51,355 nucleotides of DNA from a virus (lineage: Duplodnaviria > Caudoviricetes), in IMG/VR virus record IMGVR_UViG_3300033145_002956, positions 1-51,355 of that record; one strand, given 5' to 3'. Of the stretch, positions 18,084-27,010 are shown piece after piece. Below the pieces are notes generated by a model that saw nothing but the letters and a program-made list of their open reading frames with translations, was not told the origin of the DNA and made no database searches. Numbering within the stretch: position 1 is the stretch's first letter; each line of letters starts with the position of its first letter. The position numbers were made by a program, and so were the translations under genes.

Positions 18084-18896
18084 ATGCCTGAAAAATCACC
18101 CCCAGGAATCCGAAAGTGGTTGGAAAAATTGGCAGTAAAGCACGCTGTAGATATAGATATTGGCGAGTTTAGGGATCACATGGACTCTTCTGTTTCTGCT
18201 AGTGAAAATTGGGATAAGGCAAAGAAGTATCTTTATGAAAGGTATGGGATTGTGTGCGGTGCTGATGAGGAGCGGATGAGAAGGGCGATCATAGAGTCTG
18301 CTGAGGATGAGGAAAAAAAGTATGTTCAGGATTTTATTGCACAGTATAAAGATATTTACCCTGATTTATTTGAGAAGTATGGAAGTGGTGAGTTTACAGA
18401 GGAGGAAGTGGATAGAGATATTGAGTTAGAGCGTGAGATATTAAGGGGGAAGGTTAAGAGTCTTGAAGCACAGCTTGAAGCTGAAAGGAAAAAGGCCGTT
18501 CCTCCTGAAGAAGTTGCTTTGAGAGTTGTAAAGGAGACTGTGAAGGAGGAGATGGAGAGAGCTAAAGAGCTTGAAGAGAAAAGGATGAAGGAGCTTTCTG
18601 ATGCTTTGGCTCATGCTCTTAGGGAGCTATCTGAGGGTGTAGATCGTAGGCTTAAGGGTATAGAAAAGAAGATAAAGAAAGAGGCTCCTGTTCCGTCTGA
18701 GACTGTTGTTATTGCTCCCCAGATACCTGTTGTTAATACTGAGGATGTTGTAAAGGTGGATGATGAATGCATTGCGAGAGAGATGAGGGCTATCTTTAAA
18801 GAGAGATATGGTAGAGATCTGGATGAATGGAGAAATGAAATTCGCTTCTTGAAGGGAAAAGATAAAGAGAAAGCAGATAATGTTGAGTATTTATGA
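18084..18896 (+). CDS. Coiled-coil protein, possibly frameshift-joined to the next ORF
   Basis: E/K-rich heptads; 17-nt overlap with 18880. Confidence 0.7.
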   Translation: MPEKSPPGIRKWLEKLAVKHAVDIDIGEFRDHMDSSVSASENWDKAKKYLYERYGIVCGADEERMRRAIIESAEDEEKKYVQDFIAQYKDIYPDLFEKYGSGEFTEEEVDRDIELEREILRGKVKSLEAQLEAERKKAVPPEEVALRVVKETVKEEMERAKELEEKRMKELSDALAHALRELSEGVDRRLKGIEKKIKKEAPVPSETVVIAPQIPVVNTEDVVKVDDECIAREMRAIFKERYGRDLDEWRNEIRFLKGKDKEKADNVEYL

Positions 18897-19233
18897 TCTT
18901 GCTGTGGAAAATTGTAGGGCTGCTAAAAAGGAGTATCCTAAGATGAATCCTCAGCTTCGTGGTGCATTATCTCAGTTGATGTATTTTGATGAGAAAAAAA
19001 ATACTTGGGCTTATGTTTTTCCCCAAACGGAAGCGTATTGGAATCCGATTCTTCGGGCTGAGCATTTTCCGAAGTGTATGACTCCTGACTTTATTTTATA
19101 TAAGGCTATAAGGGAAGGGAAGATAGATCGTAGTGATTGTCTCGATGCTGGTATTCCTGACTGGAAGATAAATGCTATGCTCCGAGAGGGAAGGAAAGTT
19201 GCTGAGAAGTATGGGTTTGGTGAGCTACTATGA
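18880..19233 (+). CDS. Hypothetical protein, possibly the C-terminal part of the previous gene
   Basis: No clear SD before the ATG. Confidence 0.55.
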   Translation: MLSIYDLAVENCRAAKKEYPKMNPQLRGALSQLMYFDEKKNTWAYVFPQTEAYWNPILRAEHFPKCMTPDFILYKAIREGKIDRSDCLDAGIPDWKINAMLREGRKVAEKYGFGELL

Positions 19234-20831
19234 CTACTCGTGCTTGGGAGCAGGATAGGCCTTTTACAAAGGAGCAGGTGGATGCTTTCAATAGATATAC
19301 TCATTATCCTGTTGACATAAATAGAGAGTTTGAGAGTACTGTAAGGCAGAAGGAGAGGGAGATATGGGATAAGCTCTCTCGAGCTGGTAAGGAGGAGATG
19401 TCGGATGAGGTACAGGAGGCTTACCAGCGTTACCGAAAGGCGTTGTATGATTATTACTTAACTGAGAGTGGTATTCGATCTTATGCTCCTCCCTGGACAG
19501 TTGTTGGAAGGGCTAAGTATCCTACGGGTCGTGTGGAGAAAGCGGCAGCGAGAAGTAGGGCAAATTTGGAGAAGGTAGAGAAAGCAGAGAAGAGATTGGA
19601 TAGTGCAATAAAAAGACAGTTGAGTCAGGTTATCTATGCGAGTGATCCAGAGGCCATAAAGAAGTATAAGGAAAAGTTAAAGAAGCTTGAGGAAACTCAT
19701 GCGTTGGAGAAAAAAATTAACGATTATTTTAAGAGGACTGGGAAGTTGCCAGAAGATATACCTGATTATCTTCGAGAGAAAGCACTTTCTAATTTGAAGT
19801 TTTCTTACGAAAAGCGCCCTTTTCCTTCTTATGAGTTGTCTAGCAACACCGCAGAGATGCGTAGGATAAAAAAGAAGATAGAGGAAATTTCGAAATTGAG
19901 AGCAGTGCCTACGACAGAGAAGGTTATAGGCGATGTTAAAATTGTGGAGAATGTGGAGTTAAATCGTGTACAGATATTCTTTCCCGAAAAGCCTCCTGAG
20001 GAGATAAGAACCTACATGAAGCAAAATGGCTTCAGATGGTCTCCTCGAAACAAGTGCTGGCAGAGGCAGAGGTCTAATAGAGCAACTTATCTCGCAGAGG
20101 AGATCGTTAATAAGTATGTGGATCTTCTTGGGGGGATTGTACCTACAAAAGGGAAGATTGTTCCAGCGTTTGGTTTAGAGATGAAGCCAACTACACATCA
20201 TCAAAAGCAAATAGCTCTAAATATGTTTCTTGAAAGGGTTAAAGCGGGTGAAATTAAGGGATGGACTGGAGAGTTGTATCTTGTAGGTTCTTTTCTTGAG
20301 GGGAGAGATACTGAATACAGTGATGTAGATATAGTTATGCAGACAGTAGGTTATTTTTCTCCTGATATGGCTTCTGATCTATTCAATATACAAAAAGATA
20401 TATTACAAGATAGAGGTGTTTTTATAGATGTTTTACATAAGTTTCCTGAAGAGCCATACAAGTTGCTTCTGAAGGTTGAAAAGAAGCCTGAAGCTACCGC
20501 CACTTTTGTTGCTGGTGTGATTCCTCCTGAGCTTACGCCTGCTGAGGCCATAAAAGCAAAAAAGCAGAAGGTTTTAGCTGAGATTCCTATTGAAGAAAGG
20601 CAGAGGAGGGAGGCTGAGAGGAAGCATAGAGAGTTAAAGAGGAAGGAAGCTGAGGAAAGAAAGAAGAGATATGAGGCTATTCTGGAGGGTAAAAAGAAGC
20701 CACAGGAGTATTTGGATGCCTATATTGGACAGACAAAATTGGATAAATATGTTAAAGTCATTATTTTTGTTGGTGTTGGGGCGATTACTCTGAGATTTCT
20801 GGAGCAGGTTTTGGGGAGGGAACGACTTTAA
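19230..20831 (+). CDS. Polyvalent-type protein: DUF3560-like region, minimal nucleotidyltransferase domain, C-terminal TM
   Basis: YELSSNTAEMRRIKKKI, NRVQIFFPEKP...NGFRWSP...WQR; LYLVGSFLEG...SDVDIV; VIIFVGVGAITL tail. Confidence 0.7.
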   Translation: MTTRAWEQDRPFTKEQVDAFNRYTHYPVDINREFESTVRQKEREIWDKLSRAGKEEMSDEVQEAYQRYRKALYDYYLTESGIRSYAPPWTVVGRAKYPTGRVEKAAARSRANLEKVEKAEKRLDSAIKRQLSQVIYASDPEAIKKYKEKLKKLEETHALEKKINDYFKRTGKLPEDIPDYLREKALSNLKFSYEKRPFPSYELSSNTAEMRRIKKKIEEISKLRAVPTTEKVIGDVKIVENVELNRVQIFFPEKPPEEIRTYMKQNGFRWSPRNKCWQRQRSNRATYLAEEIVNKYVDLLGGIVPTKGKIVPAFGLEMKPTTHHQKQIALNMFLERVKAGEIKGWTGELYLVGSFLEGRDTEYSDVDIVMQTVGYFSPDMASDLFNIQKDILQDRGVFIDVLHKFPEEPYKLLLKVEKKPEATATFVAGVIPPELTPAEAIKAKKQKVLAEIPIEERQRREAERKHRELKRKEAEERKKRYEAILEGKKKPQEYLDAYIGQTKLDKYVKVIIFVGVGAITLRFLEQVLGRERL

Positions 20832-21168
20832 TTTTGTATGGCAGTTTAAGCTTTGTAATACCTTTTTTTTGCATTTCTTTTATTATTTGATACGCTTGTT
20901 CTTCTGTTACTTCTATTACTTTGTGTTCCTTTTCTTTAGATATTGTTTCATAGAACTCTTTTACTGCTTCTGCTGCGGGGGGTAGGGTTCCTTCTTTCTT
21001 CTTTCCTACTATGCTATGTGCGGCTTCGCTAAATTGTATGAGTGTTTTGAGTCTCTTCTTGCTTGAGGCTTCGATGCTTCGGTCTACTTTCTTCCTTAGT
21101 CTTGGTATTCCCTCTCGTATATATATTTCATATTCTTCCATGTTTAAACTATTTAAAGGAGTGTACAT
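20785..21168 (-). CDS. Basic protein, paralog of 21239..21580
   Basis: QFSEAAHSIVGKKKEGTL..AAEAVK; start probably at ATG 21141. Confidence 0.65.
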   Translation of the reverse strand: MYTPLNSLNMEEYEIYIREGIPRLRKKVDRSIEASSKKRLKTLIQFSEAAHSIVGKKKEGTLPPAAEAVKEFYETISKEKEHKVIEVTEEQAYQIIKEMQKKGITKLKLPYKIKVVPSPKPAPEISE

Positions 21169-21238
21169 ATAATGAGTGTGGGATCGGGCACGCAGATCGA
21201 TAGAGTTGTCTGGTTACTAAAAAGTTAGGTGATGTAAA

Positions 21239-21580
21239 GTGCCTATAAGTATATTTGGACAGGAATGTTCAATAATGAGAATAGGAAGCAGGCAGCTCAA
21301 TCTTAGGGGGCCTGCTAAAGCAAACAAAGCAAATTTTGTGATAAAGAGTAAGTCAGTACCGAGTCATACTAAAGAGTGGCTTGGTGTAGCTATTGCCTTT
21401 GCAGAGGCTGCTCATTCTGCAAGAGGAGGAACTCTTGAGGATGTAGTGCTGGCTGTGAAGAAGGGTCTTAGTGGTAAGGACTTTGGTGGTGCGGCTGCGG
21501 CTGCTAGAAGGAGAGAAATGAGATTGGCTTCGTATGATGGCAATATAGCTAAGATGAAAAGAGAACTTGCAGCAAAGTAG
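21239..21580 (+). CDS. Basic Ala-rich putative nucleocapsid/DNA-condensing protein
   Basis: AFAEAAHSARGGTLEDVVLAVKKGL; first gene of the structural operon; GGTGA SD. Confidence 0.6.
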   Translation: MPISIFGQECSIMRIGSRQLNLRGPAKANKANFVIKSKSVPSHTKEWLGVAIAFAEAAHSARGGTLEDVVLAVKKGLSGKDFGGAAAAARRREMRLASYDGNIAKMKRELAAK

Positions 21581-21590
21581 GTGACCTCAC

Positions 21591-21974
21591 ATGAACATTT
21601 TTAAAGACTTGGATTTGTATGAAGTCGGCGGTGAGGTCTTAGGTCTGTATGGTGCCGAGTTTGTCGTGGAGTGGATACAGAAGTTTGTCCCTTCACTGTC
21701 CGAATGGATGCAGGCACTGGCTAAAGGTGTAGTTGGTGCAGGTGTCATAATCGGAAATAAAAAATATGGATTTGCTACTGGTGACTTGGAGAAGTTCGTT
21801 AATGGACTTGGAGAAGGTCTGATGGTCAGTGCTGGGTTTGATCTTTTGCAGTATGTACTGCCAAGACAGACTTCCAGTAGAGTTGCATCGAGGTATGTGC
21901 CAAAGAGAGTTGCTCAGCCTATAGCACCTCTTAGACCGCAGTATGCAAGAGAAATAAGATTTCTTGGAAGGTGA
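21591..21974 (+). CDS. Putative membrane-associated virion protein
   Basis: Gly/Ala-rich amphipathic helices and a basic tail. Confidence 0.65.
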   Translation: MNIFKDLDLYEVGGEVLGLYGAEFVVEWIQKFVPSLSEWMQALAKGVVGAGVIIGNKKYGFATGDLEKFVNGLGEGLMVSAGFDLLQYVLPRQTSSRVASRYVPKRVAQPIAPLRPQYAREIRFLGR

Positions 21975-21978
21975 TTAG

Positions 21979-22560
21979 ATGTTGCAGGGAATAATACCAC
22001 TTGGTGAGCTTGAGAAGATAGATATAAAGGGTATCAGAGATGCTGTTCAGAAAAGGCTAATTGAAAAGATGTTGTACGCAAAGATTGTTACTAGACCTGA
22101 CGATGTTAAGATTAGAGATCTTGTTTTTGGTGATTCTTCTGATGCGACTGACTTTGTGGATCTTGATGGTCCGGCGACTGCTGCTGTAACAGGTCAGGAG
22201 CACTGGCTGATAGATTCATCTGCGTTTACTGCTGGTGATCTAAGTAGTATCCTCGCTTCGGGTACAACTTGTCCTGACAACAAAATGATTGGTATCTTCG
22301 GATTCTTTGACTTATCTCCTATTCCTGAGCTAACTGCAATAAGGTTCAAGAGAGGGTCAGATGTGCTTAACTTCTGGGAAGTTGAGCAGTGCTATGTGTA
22401 TCAGGATCTCCCAGGGGGAATGACTTGGGAACCAGTTATATATGAGCAGAACGATCCGATGGATATAGAGATGAATGTGACTGGAGGAAGCACAGATCTA
22501 AGAATAGGACTATACGCATATATCGCTGAGAGATACGGCGAGCAGGTCACAAGTCCTTGA
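21979..22560 (+). CDS. Putative single jelly-roll major capsid protein
   Basis: N-terminal helix then beta-rich core (IRDLV..D, IGIFG, TAIRFKRG, PVIYE..D.MDIE, L.AYIAE..G); size and operon position fit. Fold is inferred. Confidence 0.55.
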   Translation: MLQGIIPLGELEKIDIKGIRDAVQKRLIEKMLYAKIVTRPDDVKIRDLVFGDSSDATDFVDLDGPATAAVTGQEHWLIDSSAFTAGDLSSILASGTTCPDNKMIGIFGFFDLSPIPELTAIRFKRGSDVLNFWEVEQCYVYQDLPGGMTWEPVIYEQNDPMDIEMNVTGGSTDLRIGLYAYIAERYGEQVTSP

Positions 22561-22565
22561 GGTGA

Positions 22566-22898
22566 TTGTGCATGGCTAATGTTACATTGGACACACCACA
22601 GGGTCTTGGTCAGGGCTTGAAGACGCAACTCTATGATTATACTTTCTCAGCTAAGGCAACTACTGGGAAAACTGGAGGAATTACTCTTACTCTTTCGCAG
22701 TTTGATAAGATTATCAATGCGAGAGTAAGTGGAACTGTTGCAGGATATGTTGCTCAGCCTTCAACGATTTCAGGGAATACAGTTAAGCTCAAACTGTGGA
22801 AACAGGATGCTACTACAGGAGTTCTAAAAGTTGCGAGTACTGCTGCTATTGCTTCAGGTACGGTGGTCTATCTCACCGTTACGGGCTATAAAGTTTGA
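22566..22898 (+). CDS. Small Thr/Gly-rich beta virion protein
   Basis: Structural operon; beta-strand pattern. Confidence 0.65.
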   Translation: MCMANVTLDTPQGLGQGLKTQLYDYTFSAKATTGKTGGITLTLSQFDKIINARVSGTVAGYVAQPSTISGNTVKLKLWKQDATTGVLKVASTAAIASGTVVYLTVTGYKV

Positions 22899-23042
22899 TC
22901 TTCCAATACCGAGATAGATAGAAATGGTATCTTTTTTATTATTTGAGGAATTGAAGAAGAGTATAGAAAGTGTGCCTATTGTGTACTTTCCTCTTTTTCT
23001 GGTTTTTTTCTTAGGTTACCTTTCTGTCTTGTCCGTTATTGG

Positions 23043-23539
23043 TTGCTTGGCGAACCTATGAAGTCTGGTGCTAAGAAGTCTAATATGGCTCAGGTTTTGT
23101 TCATAGAGCCTGTGCCGTTAATTACGAAGGACTTTGGAAGCTTGTCTGCTGGGAGTTCTTCTTCCTTGACAGAGATGGATACTGAGCTTGAGGTTGAGGC
23201 TAATCAACTTCTACAGTTGCGGATAATACCCTGTGATGATATTGAGATAACGGTGAAACAGCCTAGAGGTGTAGGGAAGTTCTCTACGAGATATACTACT
23301 TCCTCTCTAAAGTTAATGCCTGAATCTAATGCGTTCCAGCGTTTCCAAGAGTCTGAGATGTTTATTAGAGAGGATGATGTGATATACTTAAGAATCCAAC
23401 GGAGTACACTCAGTCTCGCAATAAAGTTGCTTTTGTAGGATACAAGTATCTCCTTAGATACCTTTCTGTAGCAGAAGCTAGGAAAATAACAATCTATACT
23501 TGGGTCCCGACCTTTGGTGCTGGGAAGTATAGTTCGTGA
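23043..23539 (+). CDS. Beta-rich capsid-like protein with an apparent frameshift near 23388
   Basis: Alternate frame continues KNPTEYTQSRNKVAFVGYKYLL...GKYSS to a stop at 23539, just before the next SD. Confidence 0.55.
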
Positions 23540-23549
23540 GGTGAATTAG

Positions 23550-23882
23550 ATGGGTGAATTTCATCATCAAAGTCATGAGATTGCTACTGCGTCTTCGGAT
23601 GTTCAGTTGTATAAGTTGACCTCAGGTAGAAAAGGTTATGTTAGGGCAGTTACTTTGCTAAATGAGGCGTCTACTTCGTCTAAGGTTTCTCTCTGGGATG
23701 CGGTATCTACGTCCTCTGGTACTGCTATGTACGCTTTCAGACTTGCTAGTAAAGAGTCGGTTGCTCTCGGTAAAAATGATCTTGGGGAGTTGTCTTTCTA
23801 CAATGGACTTGTAGTTCAGGCAAGTGCGGCTACTGGAGGAGGGAAGGTCTTCGTTTACGTCAATGTTGAGGAAGTTGTATAA
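23550..23882 (+). CDS. Small jelly-roll-like virion protein (penton-like)
   Basis: YVRAVTLLN...VSLWD...L.FYNGLVVQ...VYVNVEE. Confidence 0.6.
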   Translation: MGEFHHQSHEIATASSDVQLYKLTSGRKGYVRAVTLLNEASTSSKVSLWDAVSTSSGTAMYAFRLASKESVALGKNDLGELSFYNGLVVQASAATGGGKVFVYVNVEEVV

Positions 23883-23893
23883 GAGGCGGTCTA

Positions 23894-24336
23894 ATGAAAT
23901 TTGGTAATAGGAAGGAGAGGATTACAGGTAAACTTGCCTTAGCCAATTCAATAAAAGATAGTGATGTGGCTACAGGTGCTGCAATCGCTTACTCTAAACT
24001 TGCCTTAGCCAATTCAATAAAAGATAGTGATGTGGCTACAGGTGCTGCAATCGCAGGGTCTAAAATTAGTCCTGACGTAACAAATGCTGTGATAGGTGCA
24101 GCTTCGGGGTATAAAATAGCAAGGGGTAGTGTATCTGTTACTGGATCGACGAGACTGTCACTGCTGTAGTTGCTTCTCTTGAGAGTATTGGTACTGGTGC
24201 TGGTGATCCCTTTGTGGTTACTGCGAAGCCTGCTACTTCTGGATCGACTTCTAAAATTGTGCTTTCTGTGTACCAAGATAATGGTGCTACGGCGACTACT
24301 GCGGCAACGGTTAATTGGATTGTAGTGGGTTCATAG
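23894..24336 (+). CDS. Spike/fibre-like protein with 22-aa tandem repeat; frameshift or deletion near 24150
   Basis: 66-nt-period repeat at 23929-24054; alternate frame continues VVASLE...TVNWIVVGS* to 24336. Confidence 0.6.
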
Positions 24337-24347
24337 GGGGGAGTTCT

Positions 24348-24491
24348 ATGGAGAAGTCTACTGAAGAGCTCCTCATCATTGCTGGCGTAGTTTTAATCAT
24401 AGCCTTCCTTATCTATAAGAGTAGCCAGAGGTCTCATCAAACTATAATCGAGCCTACGGAAAAGGGTGGATATGTCATTATTGAGACGTGA
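24348..24491 (+). CDS. Small single-TM protein (47 aa)
   Basis: MEKSTEELLIIAGVVLIIAFLIYK; stop overlaps the next GTG. Confidence 0.6.
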   Translation: MEKSTEELLIIAGVVLIIAFLIYKSSQRSHQTIIEPTEKGGYVIIET

Positions 24492-25150
24492 TCGCTGTGG
24501 AAAGAGAGACAGTAGAAAAAGCAACTGTGTTATTTGGAGGGCTTGTATTACTTGCAGGTCTCTTAAAGGTTCATGCTCAGCCTCCGCCTCCTCAATGTGA
24601 AACTGCATGTGAGATAAGTTGTCAAGCGTGTGAAATCTGTGAGGCTGGAGAGGTTCCATGTGGTACTTGCGAAACTGTGTGTGAAACCACATGCGAAACC
24701 TGTGAATTTGAACTCCCTCCCTGCGAAACTTGTGAGGCTGGAGAAGTCCCGACTCCACCTGTTCCTCCGATTGAAATTGAAATGCCTCCTGCTTCTGTAA
24801 AGAGAGTGTCTAAAATGATTTCATTTAGCAAAACTATAGATGGATCGTATGAAGTGCTTAGGGAAGATACAGCGGGAGCTATAAAAGAACTTCTATTTGC
24901 TTCTCCTTCAGATAATTACAAGATTAAAGTAGTTCTTGACGGCTCTAATGTTTATGATGATACCTTTGCTAATTTGCAGTCTATTTCTTCAGGTTTGAAC
25001 GACCTTGCTGCATACTCCTCAGGAGGAACTTATTACTTGAACATTACTGAGTTGTATTATCTAAAGAGCTGTGTTATTGCTATTGAGACTTATGAGAGTA
25101 TTGCTTTCTCTAAGCTTTATATCAAGTATGAGGTGCATGAATATGCCTGA
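24488..25150 (+). CDS. Membrane-anchored protein with C-E-x-x repeats and a beta domain (paralog of 34899..35375)
   Basis: N-terminal TM, CETACEISCQACEICE..., C-terminal NYKI.V..DG...YDDT domain. Confidence 0.8.
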   Translation: MIAVERETVEKATVLFGGLVLLAGLLKVHAQPPPPQCETACEISCQACEICEAGEVPCGTCETVCETTCETCEFELPPCETCEAGEVPTPPVPPIEIEMPPASVKRVSKMISFSKTIDGSYEVLREDTAGAIKELLFASPSDNYKIKVVLDGSNVYDDTFANLQSISSGLNDLAAYSSGGTYYLNITELYYLKSCVIAIETYESIAFSKLYIKYEVHEYA

Positions 25151-25535
25151 GATGGTAGAGATTTTAGATCAATTAAAAAAATTAAAGGGTATCTCTACGG
25201 GGTCTGCCTCGGTTACTGTAGCTAGTACTGCACCTATTACTGGTACTGTGACTGTTGGGGTGAGTCTCCCCTTGACTGTACTTAGAGTTGGTCAGATCAC
25301 TGTAGGAGCTACAACCTCAAAAGCTCTTACTTCCTCGTGTACTTCTAAAGCTGTAGGTCTTGTTGCTCATTCTGGCAATGCAGGCAAGGTCTACTTTGGG
25401 CATAGTTCTTCAGTGTCAACTTCCAGCGGTTTTGAGTTGTCTGTACCTGTATCTTTATCTATTGATAATGCGAATAAAATTTATGTAATAGCAAGCACTT
25501 CGGGTCAGAAGGTCTGTTGGGTGGTGTTGAGATGA
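25143..25535 (+). CDS. Beta-rich virion protein (paralog of 35368..36046)
   Basis: GQITVGATTSKALTSSCTSK...NANKIYVIA...QKVCW. Confidence 0.75.
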   Translation: MPEMVEILDQLKKLKGISTGSASVTVASTAPITGTVTVGVSLPLTVLRVGQITVGATTSKALTSSCTSKAVGLVAHSGNAGKVYFGHSSSVSTSSGFELSVPVSLSIDNANKIYVIASTSGQKVCWVVLR

Positions 25536-26620
25536 CTGGTGAGATAAAGAAGAGGAATGATCTTTCTTTGCCTGGTCGAAGTAAGTGTCTTATTATGGAT
25601 GATGATTATATTTATTACAGTAAGGAGTCTGGTGGCAGTACAAGTGTGTACTATATTAGCATATTAGACTTCATAGGTGATAATGCTGAGACTCTTGTGG
25701 GCACAAGATCACCTAATACTGGTTATACTTCTATTTATACGATGAAACTCGATAAGTTGGATAATATGGATATTTTAATTGGTAGTATGTTGCAGTATAG
25801 TGATACAGATATAGACGAGCTTTTCTGCTATTGGAAAAATGTTCATACTTCCCCTACTCGACAGGATGGAGTTACTGGTTATTGGGAATATGAAGGGATG
25901 GTTGGATGGACAGGTGCGAATGATTACTGTTATTATATAGGTTCTTCTTCTGCTGGTGATCATGGTGTTGTTCGTGATAGGCGTTATGTGAACACAAGTG
26001 ATTATGCGTCCAAGTCTGGTGGCACTGGTGGTTTTGGTAATTGGCATGATGTAGCATGTAGTAATAGATATATCCATGGTATAGACTTGAGAGTTGGGGG
26101 TGTTGGACCTAGTGGGATCTATGGAATCTATGATGTTACTAAGTGGGATGATGCTTGGGAAGATTTTGAACTTTATTATGCTTCTATTTCTGGAAGATCA
26201 GGTATTATTTATGATAGTGTGAATGATAAATTTATAAGTTGGGGGTATAATAATCGTAGAATCTACATAGCTGATCCTACTTCTTCTAATCCTGATGCAG
26301 TATATTTTGACACTCCTTCTTCTGAGGGAAATGTTACTGATGTGAGATCCTATGGAGGATATCTATATATTGGTACTACTACAAATGGCAAGGTTTTGGT
26401 ATATGATATATCTGGTAATAAGAAAGGGGAGTATGATACGGGTGTTGCATCGCCAATAACAGCGGTTGCTGCAAATGCATCTTATGTTTGTGCAGTTTGT
26501 AGTGGATGGATGTATTTGTGGAAAATAGCAGGCGTTCCAGTTTCGGTTAATATGTCATTCCCTCTTGGTGGTCTTAAGTCTCGTTCGATTATCAGCTTTG
26601 CCAGAGGTGTATCAATATGA
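25532..26620 (+). CDS. Putative beta-propeller receptor-binding protein
   Basis: Y/G/S/D-rich blades (GGYLYIGTTTNGKVLVYDISG; ITAVAANASYVCAV). Confidence 0.6.
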   Translation: MTGEIKKRNDLSLPGRSKCLIMDDDYIYYSKESGGSTSVYYISILDFIGDNAETLVGTRSPNTGYTSIYTMKLDKLDNMDILIGSMLQYSDTDIDELFCYWKNVHTSPTRQDGVTGYWEYEGMVGWTGANDYCYYIGSSSAGDHGVVRDRRYVNTSDYASKSGGTGGFGNWHDVACSNRYIHGIDLRVGGVGPSGIYGIYDVTKWDDAWEDFELYYASISGRSGIIYDSVNDKFISWGYNNRRIYIADPTSSNPDAVYFDTPSSEGNVTDVRSYGGYLYIGTTTNGKVLVYDISGNKKGEYDTGVASPITAVAANASYVCAVCSGWMYLWKIAGVPVSVNMSFPLGGLKSRSIISFARGVSI

Positions 26621-27009
26621 AAAACAAAAAAATTGTTATTGGTCTTGGTGCTCTTGGAATAGGCCTCTACTTACTGAGTAGGGCAAGAGCTTGTCCTACA
26701 GATGTTCCCTGTGGGGTATCTGAAATCTGTGGAGATTGTCAGGCTATTTGTCAGGTAGGTGAGGCTTGCTATACTTGTGATGTTTCCTGCGAGCCTGTTT
26801 CTCAGCAGTGTGGAACTGCTGAGTGCGGGGTAGGTTGTGAGGTTTCTTGTGAGGAGACCTGTGAGCTTCGTTGTGAGGAAGGTTGTATGGTCGATTGCCA
26901 GACTGCATGTCAGGCTCAGTGCGAATGGATGACTGAGCAGTGCAAAATCTGTGAAACTCTTTGTGAAGTTCACTGTCAGGTAGGATGTGAAGTTTCTGTG
27001 GAGGGCTGA
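26617..27009 (+). CDS. Membrane-anchored Cys-x-x-x repeat protein (putative rSAM substrate)
   Basis: MKNKKIVIGLGALGIGLYLL followed by more than 20 Cys, mostly C-[E/Q]-x-x. Confidence 0.85.
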   Translation: MKNKKIVIGLGALGIGLYLLSRARACPTDVPCGVSEICGDCQAICQVGEACYTCDVSCEPVSQQCGTAECGVGCEVSCEETCELRCEEGCMVDCQTACQAQCEWMTEQCKICETLCEVHCQVGCEVSVEG

Positions 27010-27010
27010 A

